Below are positions 1 through 9,239 of a stretch of DNA of 64,000 nt, one piece after another. Source of the stretch: a virus. Its lineage: Duplodnaviria; Caudoviricetes. The notes beneath the pieces were generated by a model. The model saw nothing but the letters and a program-made list of their open reading frames with translations. It ran no database searches and was not told where the DNA came from. How positions within the stretch are numbered: the first letter of the stretch is position 1; the number at the start of each line of letters is the position of its first letter. The stretch spans positions 224,001 to 288,000 of the IMG/VR virus record IMGVR_UViG_3300027804_002812. One strand, 5' to 3'. The translations under genes and the position numbers were made by a program.

Positions 1-1417
1 TTAGAAATAGTGTCGATTCATAGTCTCGTCTTCGGTCCAACGATGAATAGTTTATTCCAGTCTTTGCTCCAGTTGTCGGACCTTGACTTATATAAGCAGC
101 AGCTGCCTCCATATCACCATCATCAATCGCATCTTTTATTTTTTGACCGTAATCTCTGGCGGTTATAAAATATGGACCAACATTATATGAGAAACTCATC
201 AATGATGCTTTTTGTTTATCATTCAACCCATCCCAATTACTTACACCAAGTTGTTTGGCAATCAAAGGTGCAAATGTATTTTTTAATTGGTAATCCAAAG
301 TTTCCTCAGCTTCTTCTTTTGTCCATCGAGTATCTGCGGTAACATCTTCTAATTTACCATTTACCAATTTCTTACTTGACCCATATCCCCCTCTCCATGT
401 ACCTTCATCCTCAGAAGGTCTACTTGTAAAAGTTTCGAATTTTCTTATAAGTTGTTTTGACATTTCCAACCAATCACCTGTCAAAGATATTTTTTCCCCT
501 CCCACTGTTGGGTCAGATAATTTATTTATGTCCTCAGAGGTAATCCCTTTTTGTTTCAACATATCAATCAGTTTATTCAACATCTCAGGAGTCGCCTTAC
601 CCATAGGTTTTGAAGTACCTACCGCTGCCTTGGATAATCCTGTTGCCAAATCACTCAAATTACCTGAAGATATTGCAACGTGAACATGAGGAGTAATACC
701 TCCACCTTGCATGATTTTACCAATTACATCACCTTGTTTTACTGTATCACCAACTTTTAGTGGAGAATCGATGTGGGTATAAAATACGTCTGGTCCATCA
801 GTACTTTTGATTACAACTTGGTCTCCATATATTTTTTTGACTCCACTTTTAACAACATTGGAGTCCCCCCCTTTGAAAAGTTCGACAACTCCGTTGGTTA
901 GTGAATAAACTTCCGTACCTACAGGAGCTGTAATGTCCCACGCATTATTATTATACCAACCTGATGCACTGTGGGTACCTTGACCTGGTGTACCAATTAT
1001 TCCACCACCTTGTGCAACCAATTTTACGGCTTCATTCATGGATTCATCAGTTCCCAAGTTTTCTTCAGTGAACTTATTAACTGCTGCAGCAGTCTCAGGT
1101 CCAAATAATCCATCAACACCATGAATTGGCAAATCATATCCAAGAAGAATCAAACCAATTTGCATTGATTCAACTTCTTTTTTGAATTCGTAACTACCTC
1201 GTTGTTGTTCAGAGATTCCACCACTTTGTGCCGCAGATTCCAATGTACTATAAAACTCATCTACATCATCACCAACCAAATCAGCTTTAGTCGGGTCATC
1301 TTCTTTTCTGTATCCCAAGTCTTTCAAAAATTTATCAACGAATTCTTGTTCAACAATTTGATTACCATACATCATGGAATGCATTCTCACCAATTCTTCG
1401 GTCAATGTTTTTTTCAT
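1..1417 (-). CDS. Multidomain peptidoglycan hydrolase: leader + PG-binding domain + M23 peptidase + GH24-type lysozyme (3' end runs off window)
   Basis: Missing from the ORF track; translated by hand from ATG 1417. It reads MKKTLTEELVRMHSMM, then GVDGLFGPETAAAV (PG-binding), WDITAPVGTEVYS...FYTH...PHVH (M23) and LIRKFE...GGYG...SFSYNVG (phage lysozyme). Open to position 2. Confidence 0.85.
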   Translation of the reverse strand, partial: MKKTLTEELVRMHSMMYGNQIVEQEFVDKFLKDLGYRKEDDPTKADLVGDDVDEFYSTLESAAQSGGISEQQRGSYEFKKEVESMQIGLILLGYDLPIHGVDGLFGPETAAAVNKFTEENLGTDESMNEAVKLVAQGGGIIGTPGQGTHSASGWYNNNAWDITAPVGTEVYSLTNGVVELFKGGDSNVVKSGVKKIYGDQVVIKSTDGPDVFYTHIDSPLKVGDTVKQGDVIGKIMQGGGITPHVHVAISSGNLSDLATGLSKAAVGTSKPMGKATPEMLNKLIDMLKQKGITSEDINKLSDPTVGGEKISLTGDWLEMSKQLIRKFETFTSRPSEDEGTWRGGYGSSKKLVNGKLEDVTADTRWTKEEAEETLDYQLKNTFAPLIAKQLGVSNWDGLNDKQKASLMSFSYNVGPYFITARDYGQKIKDAIDDGDMEAAAAYISQGPTTGAKTGINYSSLDRRRDYESTLFL

Positions 1418-1433
1418 AACAATAAATATACAA

Positions 1434-2705
1434 TTACAAAAGTTTGTTGAACTTAGTTATTCTATCCCATTCTTTTTTGGACAATGTGATATTGTGTTTG
1501 GTAATCCCATCATAGTTATAATCTTCCATGTATTTCTCCCAAATGAACTTTTCGAATTCAGGTTTGACCTTAACAAAATTACAATTAAACGCGACCTTAT
1601 TCCATAACATGATATATGAAATTAAATTTGGATGATGTCCATAATTTGGTAAAACTTCATCGACACCAAAATTATAATCCAATTTGTTTGGACTAATTTC
1701 CACATATCCAAGTTCGGTCATGTTATCCATTGCCCACTCATCAATACCACCTCTTCTAAACCTTTCAGATTCATACATCCAAAAGTTATCGAAATTTATT
1801 TGATCCATTTTGAATTTAATCTCAGGCATAATCTTTTCGATATCAGATTCGGGATTATTGATGGGATTAAAATTTGGACTCAATACCACACGATTACTAA
1901 TAATCTCATATTGTTGTCTTCCTCCATTAAATAATGGGTGGGTAATTACTCCACTTTTGGAGATATCCCAATCTGATAAGGTGGATTGCATGAACAAAAA
2001 ATTATATCTCAACTTATTTTTCTCCAAATAATATTGGGTTCGCAATATGTTATCAAAATAAGTTTTGATTTTATTTTCCAATGGGAATTCATGTTCAATT
2101 CTTGAAATGTCATCATGGAAAAATTCATAATCAGGTCCCAACTCTGAATAGGCATTATGACTGGTATGAGCAGGAATCATATAAATCCTATCTTCGATTT
2201 TACCCCAATTAGACCCATTCTTTGAACGGAATAACTTGAAATATTCATAAAAAAATTCCAAATCTTCTTTTACATCTCCATTGGTCAGAGTAATTCCACG
2301 TTGTATCTCATAAAATTCAAATCTACACATCGGCCCAAAATCGAACCCCTTAAATTCAAACTTATTAAAATCCAAACCATAATGATGCGGGGGATGGATG
2401 GCAAACCGATGCCATTGCGACCATTCTACCAAACAAAAAATATTCTCAGGTTTAACTCCCAACTTCAACAACCCGTCGACAACATACGTCAACGAATCAG
2501 ATTGCCAATCCGAACCCTGACTACCCATAGATAAATTGATAGATACTATCTTGTTCCCCTCAATGCACAACCAATCAACTTGTCCATATTCATCTTTCAA
2601 TCTTTCACCCTCAATCAAATAATTAAAGATATTGAATACATAATCTGCAAGTCGGCCATAACTACAACCGCTCGATACAACAAACTTATATTTAGAAAAA
2701 TCCAT
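1434..2705 (-). CDS. SGNH/GDSL-like hydrolase family protein
   Basis: N-terminal SSGCSYG, QWSQWHR-like block, C-terminal GHHP. Confidence 0.55.
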   Translation of the reverse strand: MDFSKYKFVVSSGCSYGRLADYVFNIFNYLIEGERLKDEYGQVDWLCIEGNKIVSINLSMGSQGSDWQSDSLTYVVDGLLKLGVKPENIFCLVEWSQWHRFAIHPPHHYGLDFNKFEFKGFDFGPMCRFEFYEIQRGITLTNGDVKEDLEFFYEYFKLFRSKNGSNWGKIEDRIYMIPAHTSHNAYSELGPDYEFFHDDISRIEHEFPLENKIKTYFDNILRTQYYLEKNKLRYNFLFMQSTLSDWDISKSGVITHPLFNGGRQQYEIISNRVVLSPNFNPINNPESDIEKIMPEIKFKMDQINFDNFWMYESERFRRGGIDEWAMDNMTELGYVEISPNKLDYNFGVDEVLPNYGHHPNLISYIMLWNKVAFNCNFVKVKPEFEKFIWEKYMEDYNYDGITKHNITLSKKEWDRITKFNKLL

Positions 2706-2740
2706 ATCAAATTATAAAAACGAATATAATATTTATCAAT

Positions 2741-3376
2741 ATGAAAAAATTATGGATAATAGGAGATTCATTCAGTACCAATTTTTATGAACCAAATGAC
2801 GCCGATAACTGTTGGAAAAATCTATACTGTAAACATAAAGGATACCATCCAAAGTTTTTTGGTGAATTTGTTTCAGAAGACCTCAATATGGATTATGAAG
2901 TTTTAACCAAAGGTATTTTTGACAACTATAAAATGATTGAACTATTCATAGACAACATGGATAGATTCAATGAAGGTGATATCGTATCCTTTGGATGGAC
3001 CGCAACTTCAAGAATAAGATTTGTAAATGAATCTACCAATCAATGGGAGGTAATAAACTCCTATGGAATGAAAGGGGATTATTTCCAAGGAATGGCAGTA
3101 AGCACACTCGCAGACATAGCCGCAAATAGATACCACAAATTATATAAAATTGAATTAATCAAGTGGGCAAAATTAATTAGTAAATCTTTACCTAATATTT
3201 CAATAATACATTGGACATGGACCAATAACTCATACTTCCGTTATGAAACAATATCTGACGAAACGGAAAAAAAATTAAATGATTTACATTGGTCTGAAAA
3301 CGGACACAGACAATTTGCGGATTGGTTTATTGGGGTTCATAATAAACAAATCGAAAATAAATGTTTTGACTTATGA
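2741..3376 (+). CDS. SGNH/GDSL-like hydrolase
   Basis: IIGDSFS, FGWT..SR, DLHWSENGH motifs; TATTTAT at 2730-2736. Confidence 0.7.
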   Translation: MKKLWIIGDSFSTNFYEPNDADNCWKNLYCKHKGYHPKFFGEFVSEDLNMDYEVLTKGIFDNYKMIELFIDNMDRFNEGDIVSFGWTATSRIRFVNESTNQWEVINSYGMKGDYFQGMAVSTLADIAANRYHKLYKIELIKWAKLISKSLPNISIIHWTWTNNSYFRYETISDETEKKLNDLHWSENGHRQFADWFIGVHNKQIENKCFDL

Positions 3377-3384
3377 TAAAAAAA

Positions 3385-3403
3385 CCCACCGAAAAAAGGT
3401 GGG
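3385..3403. terminator. Bidirectional intrinsic terminator
   Basis: CCCACC-N7-GGTGGG between convergent genes, A-run on left. Confidence 0.75.
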
Positions 3404-3408
3404 AGGAT

Positions 3409-4641
3409 TTATTTATACAAGATAAAATCATTTTTCCGATCTTTCAAATCAACAACTTGAAATTCGGTTGGAGTTATAGGATAAACAAGATAATCGACCG
3501 CTTCCTTATTTTTCTTTGATTCAAATCTTTTAGCATCTGATTCAGATGATTTGACTTGAATTGTTATAGCATCCTTACCTCTTCCCATAATCAAGTCAAC
3601 GGAAAAAATCATATCAATAAAATTGCCATTTCCTCCACGATATAAGAGTTTATATCCCTTATTCTCGAATGCCTTGGAAACGTCAGTTTCCATTTGGTCT
3701 CCATATTTGGAAAATTTTGTTGAATATTTGGTGAAGTTCATTAAGTCTGTTTTACTTTCCAAATATTTTTCGAACAACTGTTCCTTGAAATCTCCTTTAT
3801 ATTTTAGAAGAACTTTTTTCATGGTTTCCGTATCAGTTGTATTAGATATTGTATCATATATTTGGGTAGAGGCTTTACTTCCAAGATTTTTGGCTTTTTC
3901 CAAATAAGTGGATAAAAGATCTGCTAAATCAGAATAGTTAGTGTTCAATTTGTTAACATAATGCCATTTTCCATTTGGGTCCAAATTACCTTCATCGTCA
4001 ACATATACCAATTTTCTATCGTATATGTATTTAACAAAATATTTATATCTCCATTGAGTTACTTTTCCATATGAAACCAATATATTCGCACCTTTAATAT
4101 TATCCTCAATATCTTTTTGTTGAATGTTAAATGTTATTCCCGACAAAATATCACCTATCACTTTTTTAAGATTTAATCCCTTTTCATCTTCAAGCCAAGA
4201 TCCGAGAGAATTTAATTTGTTATATACACTTCCACCCAACACGTTTGGGATACTCTTGTTAATTTTTTCTTCTTCTTGTCGGGAAAGAATTTTATCAACC
4301 GCCTCTCTATTCTTGTTTTGGTATCCAATGCAACCAAATGGAATTTGCAACCCACCAAATTTTGTGATTACCATACGTTTACAAGCATATGAGCTCATAT
4401 CCAACTCAAGAGCATCATCACCAATTTTAATCTCCAAATATCCCTTATTACCATACAACTGAGATAAATCATTGGCAGTTAATTTACCTTCACCTCCATC
4501 AATAACAACAGGATTGTTCACATAATAAAAATTACCCTTTGAGCCCAACGAACTACCTTTGATGACAGCAATATTTACACCCGTCTGGATGACCTCAACC
4601 AAATGATTTAACTGTTCCTCCGTAACAATGAAATTTCTCAT
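3409..4641 (-). CDS. Leader-tagged protein with C-terminal PD-(D/E)XK nuclease-like domain
   Basis: MRNFIVTEEQL leader; C-terminal E...F...GY...D...VDL...IQVK pattern. Confidence 0.6.
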   Translation of the reverse strand: MRNFIVTEEQLNHLVEVIQTGVNIAVIKGSSLGSKGNFYYVNNPVVIDGGEGKLTANDLSQLYGNKGYLEIKIGDDALELDMSSYACKRMVITKFGGLQIPFGCIGYQNKNREAVDKILSRQEEEKINKSIPNVLGGSVYNKLNSLGSWLEDEKGLNLKKVIGDILSGITFNIQQKDIEDNIKGANILVSYGKVTQWRYKYFVKYIYDRKLVYVDDEGNLDPNGKWHYVNKLNTNYSDLADLLSTYLEKAKNLGSKASTQIYDTISNTTDTETMKKVLLKYKGDFKEQLFEKYLESKTDLMNFTKYSTKFSKYGDQMETDVSKAFENKGYKLLYRGGNGNFIDMIFSVDLIMGRGKDAITIQVKSSESDAKRFESKKNKEAVDYLVYPITPTEFQVVDLKDRKNDFILYK

Positions 4642-4654
4642 ATATCAATAAATA

Positions 4655-4674
4655 CCCCACCTATTAATATGGGG
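4655..4674 (-). terminator. CCCCACC-family terminator
   Basis: CCCCA-N10-TGGGG downstream of 4683..5273. Confidence 0.6.
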
Positions 4675-4682
4675 TTGGATAA

Positions 4683-5273
4683 TTAAAATCTTAAAATTCT
4701 TTCTTTGTTTTGAATATCTACGATGTGTAAATATATATCGTCAAGGTCTTCGCCTGATTCAATTTTGTCAATAACATCTTCCTTTTTATAAAGAGTGTTT
4801 CTAACAATATAGTCAATCATCTCTTCATCTGTGATTCCTTTAGGTTTTTCAGGTTCAGGAGTACACTCGTATTCTCTATCCGATGTGCCAATGTCTTCAA
4901 TAGATAACCCCGACTCTCCAACAATTTGTTCGAACTTAGGAACCATCGTCTCATCATACCATTCAAGAATCACATGCAAAACATATGACTTTCTTATGCT
5001 CAATAATTCTGAAAGAGTATCAACAAGACCTTTGGATACCATCAAATATCCTTGGTCAAATCTACCATCCTCAAAATAATAAATTGCGGTAATTGTTTCT
5101 TTTCCATCAAAACACCAATCCTCACGAAGATTTCCGTAATTACGTGCCTTCGGAATGACCTTACGTTTACCATTACCAATATATTGATTCATATATTTGA
5201 CAATAAAATTACTAATGGACTGACTACTCTTGTTAAGTCTTCTATATTGTTCTTCTGTTAGTATATATTTCAT
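4683..5273 (-). CDS. Leader-tagged hypothetical protein
   Basis: MKYILTEEQY leader; 196-aa ORF. Confidence 0.8.
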   Translation of the reverse strand: MKYILTEEQYRRLNKSSQSISNFIVKYMNQYIGNGKRKVIPKARNYGNLREDWCFDGKETITAIYYFEDGRFDQGYLMVSKGLVDTLSELLSIRKSYVLHVILEWYDETMVPKFEQIVGESGLSIEDIGTSDREYECTPEPEKPKGITDEEMIDYIVRNTLYKKEDVIDKIESGEDLDDIYLHIVDIQNKERILRF

Positions 5274-5274
5274 A

Positions 5275-5610
5275 TTAACTTTTTTTTATTTTGAACTCAG
5301 CCCAAGTGCTATAAGGAACAACTTGAGTACGTTCAACTCTCAGATTATATTTGCTTTCGAAATACTTTCCAAAAAAGTGACGAGCAGTACCTACGTCTAC
5401 CGAAAACATAGACATAACGTCCTTAATTAAATCCGTTAAAATGTATAAATCGTCAGTGAAGTTATGCCCTATTATCCCGTGTTCTTCACCAGGAAACGCA
5501 AAGACAGTATCAAGATACCTACCTCTCTTTTTCTTAATCCCCTTCAATCTACTATCCAAGTATTTGAATACAATACTCTCTAATCTACTTTCCGTGATGA
5601 TGTATTTCAT
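5275..5610 (-). CDS. Leader-tagged paralog family A protein
   Basis: MKYIITESRLE start at 5610; shares FKYLDSKL..G..SD.VF..PG...MFS....GKY.ESRYNL with neighbours. Confidence 0.85.
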   Translation of the reverse strand: MKYIITESRLESIVFKYLDSRLKGIKKKRGRYLDTVFAFPGEEHGIIGHNFTDDLYILTDLIKDVMSMFSVDVGTARHFFGKYFESKYNLRVERTQVVPYSTWAEFKIKKS

Positions 5611-5611
5611 A

Positions 5612-5992
5612 TTATTCTTTATCAAGTATTAAGTAAGTTCTGTCAAATCTATCATTATCAACCACACTACCAAACATACTTTTAATCCTCGGAGCATAAT
5701 CCACTTTCATGTTGTATCTACTTTCAAGATATTTCCCAATTACCTCAAGAACATCACCCTCTTTCATAGAAAACATAGTTTGTATTTCCTCAAAGAATGG
5801 AAAATAAATGTGTAAATAATTATCCCCTTTTTTATGATACTTATTCACCGCAAATAACCCAACATCTTTACCAGGAACGGAAAAAACAAAATCCGAAAAT
5901 TTCCCTTTCTTTATAACGGTTCCTTCCAGCTTACTATCCAAAAATTTGAATAAAACTTTTTCTAATTTACTTTCCGTAATGATGTATTTCAT
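5612..5992 (-). CDS. Leader-tagged paralog family A protein
   Basis: MKYIITESKLE; alignable by eye to flanking paralogs. Confidence 0.85.
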   Translation of the reverse strand: MKYIITESKLEKVLFKFLDSKLEGTVIKKGKFSDFVFSVPGKDVGLFAVNKYHKKGDNYLHIYFPFFEEIQTMFSMKEGDVLEVIGKYLESRYNMKVDYAPRIKSMFGSVVDNDRFDRTYLILDKE

Positions 5993-6010
5993 ATCTTATA
6001 AATATCCCAA

Positions 6011-6169
6011 TCATTTATTACATTCACCCTTCTTTCCGCATACCTCACAGACATTCCCCTGTGAAGCACAAGTTCCCTTAAACTCACCTCCCTTAAGAAA
6101 TATCAATCTTACGGACATCAATATAAAAAATAAAGAAATAAATCCAATGGTTATTAGTAGTGTTATCAT
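6011..6169 (-). CDS. Small membrane protein with four-Cys tail (NqrM-like / Bacteroidota small membrane protein)
   Basis: Hand-translated 52 aa: MITLLITIGFISLFFILMSVRLIFLKGGEFKGTCASQGNVCEVCGKKGECNK; ATGA overlap with 6166..6528. Confidence 0.65.
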   Translation of the reverse strand: MITLLITIGFISLFFILMSVRLIFLKGGEFKGTCASQGNVCEVCGKKGECNK

Positions 6170-6528
6170 ATCCCATCTACTTTCAATGCTGAAAACTCAA
6201 AACCACAATTCCAAGTTGCAGAAGTGATATTCAAATTATATCTATTTTCAATATACCTTGCAATTGTTTTCAAAGATTCTTCCGATTGTAGAGAGAACAT
6301 GTTTTCCACCTCACGACCCAATAATAGAAAAACATATAATTTTCCTCCTTTATCAGTTTTTTCCCATCCCAATATTCCAAGTTCTTTATCTCCGTTAGGT
6401 GCCATTTTAGGAGAGATAAAAACAACATCCGAAAATTTTCCCTTCACAAGTTCGACACCTTCCAATTTACTATCCAAGAATTTGAATATGATATTTTCTA
6501 ACCGACTTTCCGTGATGATGTATTTCAT
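6166..6528 (-). CDS. Leader-tagged paralog family A protein
   Basis: MKYIITESRLEN; paralog of 5275/5612/6530. Confidence 0.85.
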   Translation of the reverse strand: MKYIITESRLENIIFKFLDSKLEGVELVKGKFSDVVFISPKMAPNGDKELGILGWEKTDKGGKLYVFLLLGREVENMFSLQSEESLKTIARYIENRYNLNITSATWNCGFEFSALKVDGI

Positions 6529-6529
6529 A

Positions 6530-6865
6530 TTAATAACTATCTACTTTTAACGGTTTCAAATTGAAAATACGCAAGTACTTGTTGGCATCCACCTTCAAAT
6601 TGTATCTACTTTCAACATACCTTCCGATAACATCAAGAACATCAGATTCATCCATTGAAAACACATTTTTAACTTCATCAACAATTTCGTAATAAGAGAA
6701 TAATTGATTAGATTTTTTCCATCCCATCAATCCAAATTCTTCACCAGGAAACACAAAGACAATATCAGAATAATCTCCTTTCTTGAGTTCAATACCCTCC
6801 AACTTCTCATTCAAAAATTTGAATATTAAGTTTTCCAATCTGCTTTCCGTGATGATGTATCTCAT
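6530..6865 (-). CDS. Leader-tagged paralog family A protein
   Basis: Start revised to MRYIITESRLEN at 6865. Confidence 0.85.
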   Translation of the reverse strand: MRYIITESRLENLIFKFLNEKLEGIELKKGDYSDIVFVFPGEEFGLMGWKKSNQLFSYYEIVDEVKNVFSMDESDVLDVIGRYVESRYNLKVDANKYLRIFNLKPLKVDSY

Positions 6866-6887
6866 AACTTCTTCTTTGAATAGGGGG

Positions 6888-7205
6888 TTAATAATATATT
6901 GAGTAATAAACCGCCTTAATGGGATTATCAGGATATTTTTTTTCAAACCATCTTTGAATTAAATCTTCAGTCTCAGAAAAATTCCTGTTGAACAATCCAC
7001 TAATTGTTAAGAACAAATGCTGACTAACTCCCAAGTGTTGGTCAAGAAACTGAAATATCATATTTTCATTTTTATCAACAAGGTCGAAGTCCTCCTCCGT
7101 CCCAATTGTATGACTTGAATCTCTTTCGATAAGTTCCCCCACCACTAAAGTAATATACTTATCAACCAATTTTACAAGTCTATCTTCTGAAATAATATAA
7201 TCCAT
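6888..7205 (-). CDS. Leader-tagged divergent family A protein
   Basis: MDYIISEDRL leader; LGVSQ.LF..IS.LF...F.E...LI..WFE pattern. Confidence 0.75.
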   Translation of the reverse strand: MDYIISEDRLVKLVDKYITLVVGELIERDSSHTIGTEEDFDLVDKNENMIFQFLDQHLGVSQHLFLTISGLFNRNFSETEDLIQRWFEKKYPDNPIKAVYYSIYY

Positions 7206-7231
7206 AATTTATAAATACCAATAAAATAAAA

Positions 7232-7255
7232 AACCCCACCTATAAAGATGGGGTT
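7232..7255 (-). terminator. CCCCACC-family terminator
   Basis: AACCCCA...TGGGGTT with A-run (U-tract on minus strand). Confidence 0.75.
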
Positions 7256-7279
7256 ATACTATAGATTGTGTTTTCGAAA

Positions 7280-7909
7280 TTACTTACCAGTTCTTGAAGT
7301 ATATCCTGTTGACGGTCTTTCCCCTTTTGCTGTCCGTATTAAAGCCTCTCGTTCTAGTTCCTCTTTTTCACCCGGTTTCAACGGTGGATAGGGTGTATCG
7401 TCTGAGGGTTGGAAGTTCGTTACCAAATTTCTAATAGGTCTCATAATTCTAGCCCATTCAGATTCATTAGAAATATCAGAACTCAAATCCGTGTATAAAT
7501 CAACATTGTAACTACTTTTATAAGCCTTTACCAATGCACAAAATTCACTAAATGATTTCAAATTTTCAAATGCTTTATAGATTAATTCTTCATTCGTTCC
7601 AACCCCTTGTACCGCATCTCTTATCATATCAGCAAACTGATTCACACGACCCCTATCTCTGTAAGAAGAATTTTCTTTGTTACATATATCACAAAACTCC
7701 TTAACTTTTTTGTCTGAATCTCCAAATCCAGTTAGGACTTGATTCAGCATACCCATCAAGTCTTGTTCATTAACCAAAGGTTTCACATCCCCAAGTTTCG
7801 AATTTAACAATTTAGAGAAACTCTCAGTCATAACCTTCATCCCTCCTGTATGTTGTTCACGGATGGAGTTCTTCTCCTGTTCCGATAAATCGTTTAATAT
7901 ATGTTTCAT
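7280..7909 (-). CDS. Leader-tagged protein with single annexin-like repeat
   Basis: DAVQGVGTNEELIYKAF...KAYKSSYNVDLYTDLSSDIS matches the annexin GxGT-DE...Y...L..DL..(E/D) repeat. Confidence 0.7.
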   Translation of the reverse strand: MKHILNDLSEQEKNSIREQHTGGMKVMTESFSKLLNSKLGDVKPLVNEQDLMGMLNQVLTGFGDSDKKVKEFCDICNKENSSYRDRGRVNQFADMIRDAVQGVGTNEELIYKAFENLKSFSEFCALVKAYKSSYNVDLYTDLSSDISNESEWARIMRPIRNLVTNFQPSDDTPYPPLKPGEKEELEREALIRTAKGERPSTGYTSRTGK

Positions 7910-7943
7910 AATTTTTAATTTATTATAAATATCTCAAACATTC

Positions 7944-7999
7944 AAAAAAAAGGGGTTGGGGATTTCCACGACCGAAGGGAGAAAGCGGATCCGAATACA
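7944..7999. repeat. Intergenic element copy 1 (A-run, GGGGTTGGGGATT, CGACCGAAGGGAG, AAAGCGG)
   Basis: Direct repeat of copies at 12421, 12907, 13614, 14478, 14895. Confidence 0.9.
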
Positions 8000-8007
8000 A
8001 ATAAAAA

Positions 8008-8030
8008 ACCCCACCTTTATGGGGTGGGGT
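8008..8030 (-). terminator. CCCCACC-family terminator
   Basis: ACCCCACC-TTTATGG-GGTGGGGT. Confidence 0.8.
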
Positions 8031-8049
8031 AAATAACAGATTGAATTTT

Positions 8050-8676
8050 TTATGCTAAGTTAGATTGTTGTGGTTTGCCGGTACTAGCATATGTTCCTTT
8101 TGGAACTGATGATCCACCAGAACCTACAGTACAAAAATCTTTTTTCAACTTATCAGTAAAATATTTTGAATATAGAGCAATCCCCTGAGGACCCGTAAAA
8201 AGTTTGGTGTCAAATGGGATTAATTGGTCGGGTTTATCACATGAGTAGCTCAAAAAATAAACATGGTCACTATTACCAACTCGGTAGTCTGTTCCATCAC
8301 TTAGTTTAACCTCTTCGTATTTATATGCAATAACTATTTTTCCAAGTTTATCTTTAGAGTCACCTAACCCACTATACATATAATCAATTCTAATTTGTCT
8401 TTTGAACTTTCTATTTTCACGATCAGTGTAAAGATTTACCGTATTTCCCTTGAAGGATTCAAATTTTTCTTCACTAAACGCATTGACTTTGTCTTGAGGA
8501 GTATCACCAGAGATTTCAGGTATCGCTTTGGACATCGGAGGGTTAATTTTGGTTTTTGTTCCAGGGTTTTCACCAGTTTGAGTCACCGTTGTTTGAACTT
8601 GCTCACTCATAAGTCGTTTCTCTAATCTCTGATTGACTTCTTGAATGTGTCTGATTTTACTATAACTTCTATTCAT
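8050..8676 (-). CDS. Leader-tagged hypothetical protein
   Basis: Start revised to MNRSYSKIRHIQEVNQRLEKRL, shared with 10591..11283. Confidence 0.8.
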   Translation of the reverse strand: MNRSYSKIRHIQEVNQRLEKRLMSEQVQTTVTQTGENPGTKTKINPPMSKAIPEISGDTPQDKVNAFSEEKFESFKGNTVNLYTDRENRKFKRQIRIDYMYSGLGDSKDKLGKIVIAYKYEEVKLSDGTDYRVGNSDHVYFLSYSCDKPDQLIPFDTKLFTGPQGIALYSKYFTDKLKKDFCTVGSGGSSVPKGTYASTGKPQQSNLA

Positions 8677-8716
8677 AATATTGTATTTCCAATAAATATC
8701 ATTAAACACAAAAAAA

Positions 8717-8737
8717 CCCCACCTTTATGGGGTGGGG
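8717..8737 (-). terminator. CCCCACC-family terminator
   Basis: CCCCACC-TTTATGG-GGTGGGG, same as the 8008 copy. Confidence 0.8.
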
Positions 8738-8763
8738 AGATATTAACTTCAATACTTAATATA

Positions 8764-9168
8764 TTATTGAGGTTGTTGAGGTGCTTGTGCTCTTGCAATT
8801 GCTTGTGCCAAAGCATCAAGTGGTGCCAATACATTGGAAATTGCCGGTAAATATGGTTTGAACGATTCCGTATTTTGATATTGAGAAACAGCTTTTTTAA
8901 TAGTATCAGGAAGATTACCAAGTTGTCTTCTGATTTTCAAAATGTCATAAATTGCATTTATTTCATTTTGTTGTGCCTGACTTGTTGCTCGGTTTGTTTG
9001 TCTCAAATCTTGTCTTGCATCTCTTCTTGCGTCCCTTGCATCTCGAACACCTGCTCTAGCGGCATCAAGTCCTTGTTGTGCGGCTATTTGTTGACTAGTT
9101 TGTTCTTGTAATGTTTTTTTAACCAATCTTGCCAAATCAGCTTCGGTCATTCTTATAATTTTTCCCAT
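8764..9168 (-). CDS. Leader-tagged helical Q/A/R-rich protein
   Basis: MGKIIRMTEADLARLVKK..LQEQ leader; DARRDARQ low-complexity helix. Confidence 0.8.
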   Translation of the reverse strand: MGKIIRMTEADLARLVKKTLQEQTSQQIAAQQGLDAARAGVRDARDARRDARQDLRQTNRATSQAQQNEINAIYDILKIRRQLGNLPDTIKKAVSQYQNTESFKPYLPAISNVLAPLDALAQAIARAQAPQQPQ

Positions 9169-9210
9169 AATAGTTTCAGTTTACAATAAATATCACAATA
9201 CTGAAAAAAA

Positions 9211-9234
9211 ACCCCCACCTATTAAGATGGGGTT
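9211..9234 (-). terminator. CCCCACC-family terminator
   Basis: ACCCC(C)A...TGGGGTT with A-run. Confidence 0.7.
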
Positions 9235-9239
9235 ATCAA

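Noticed and set aside
5275-7205. Diversity-generating retroelement TR/VR pair
   Set aside because: Paralog differences are not adenine-restricted, include indels, and no reverse transcriptase is present.
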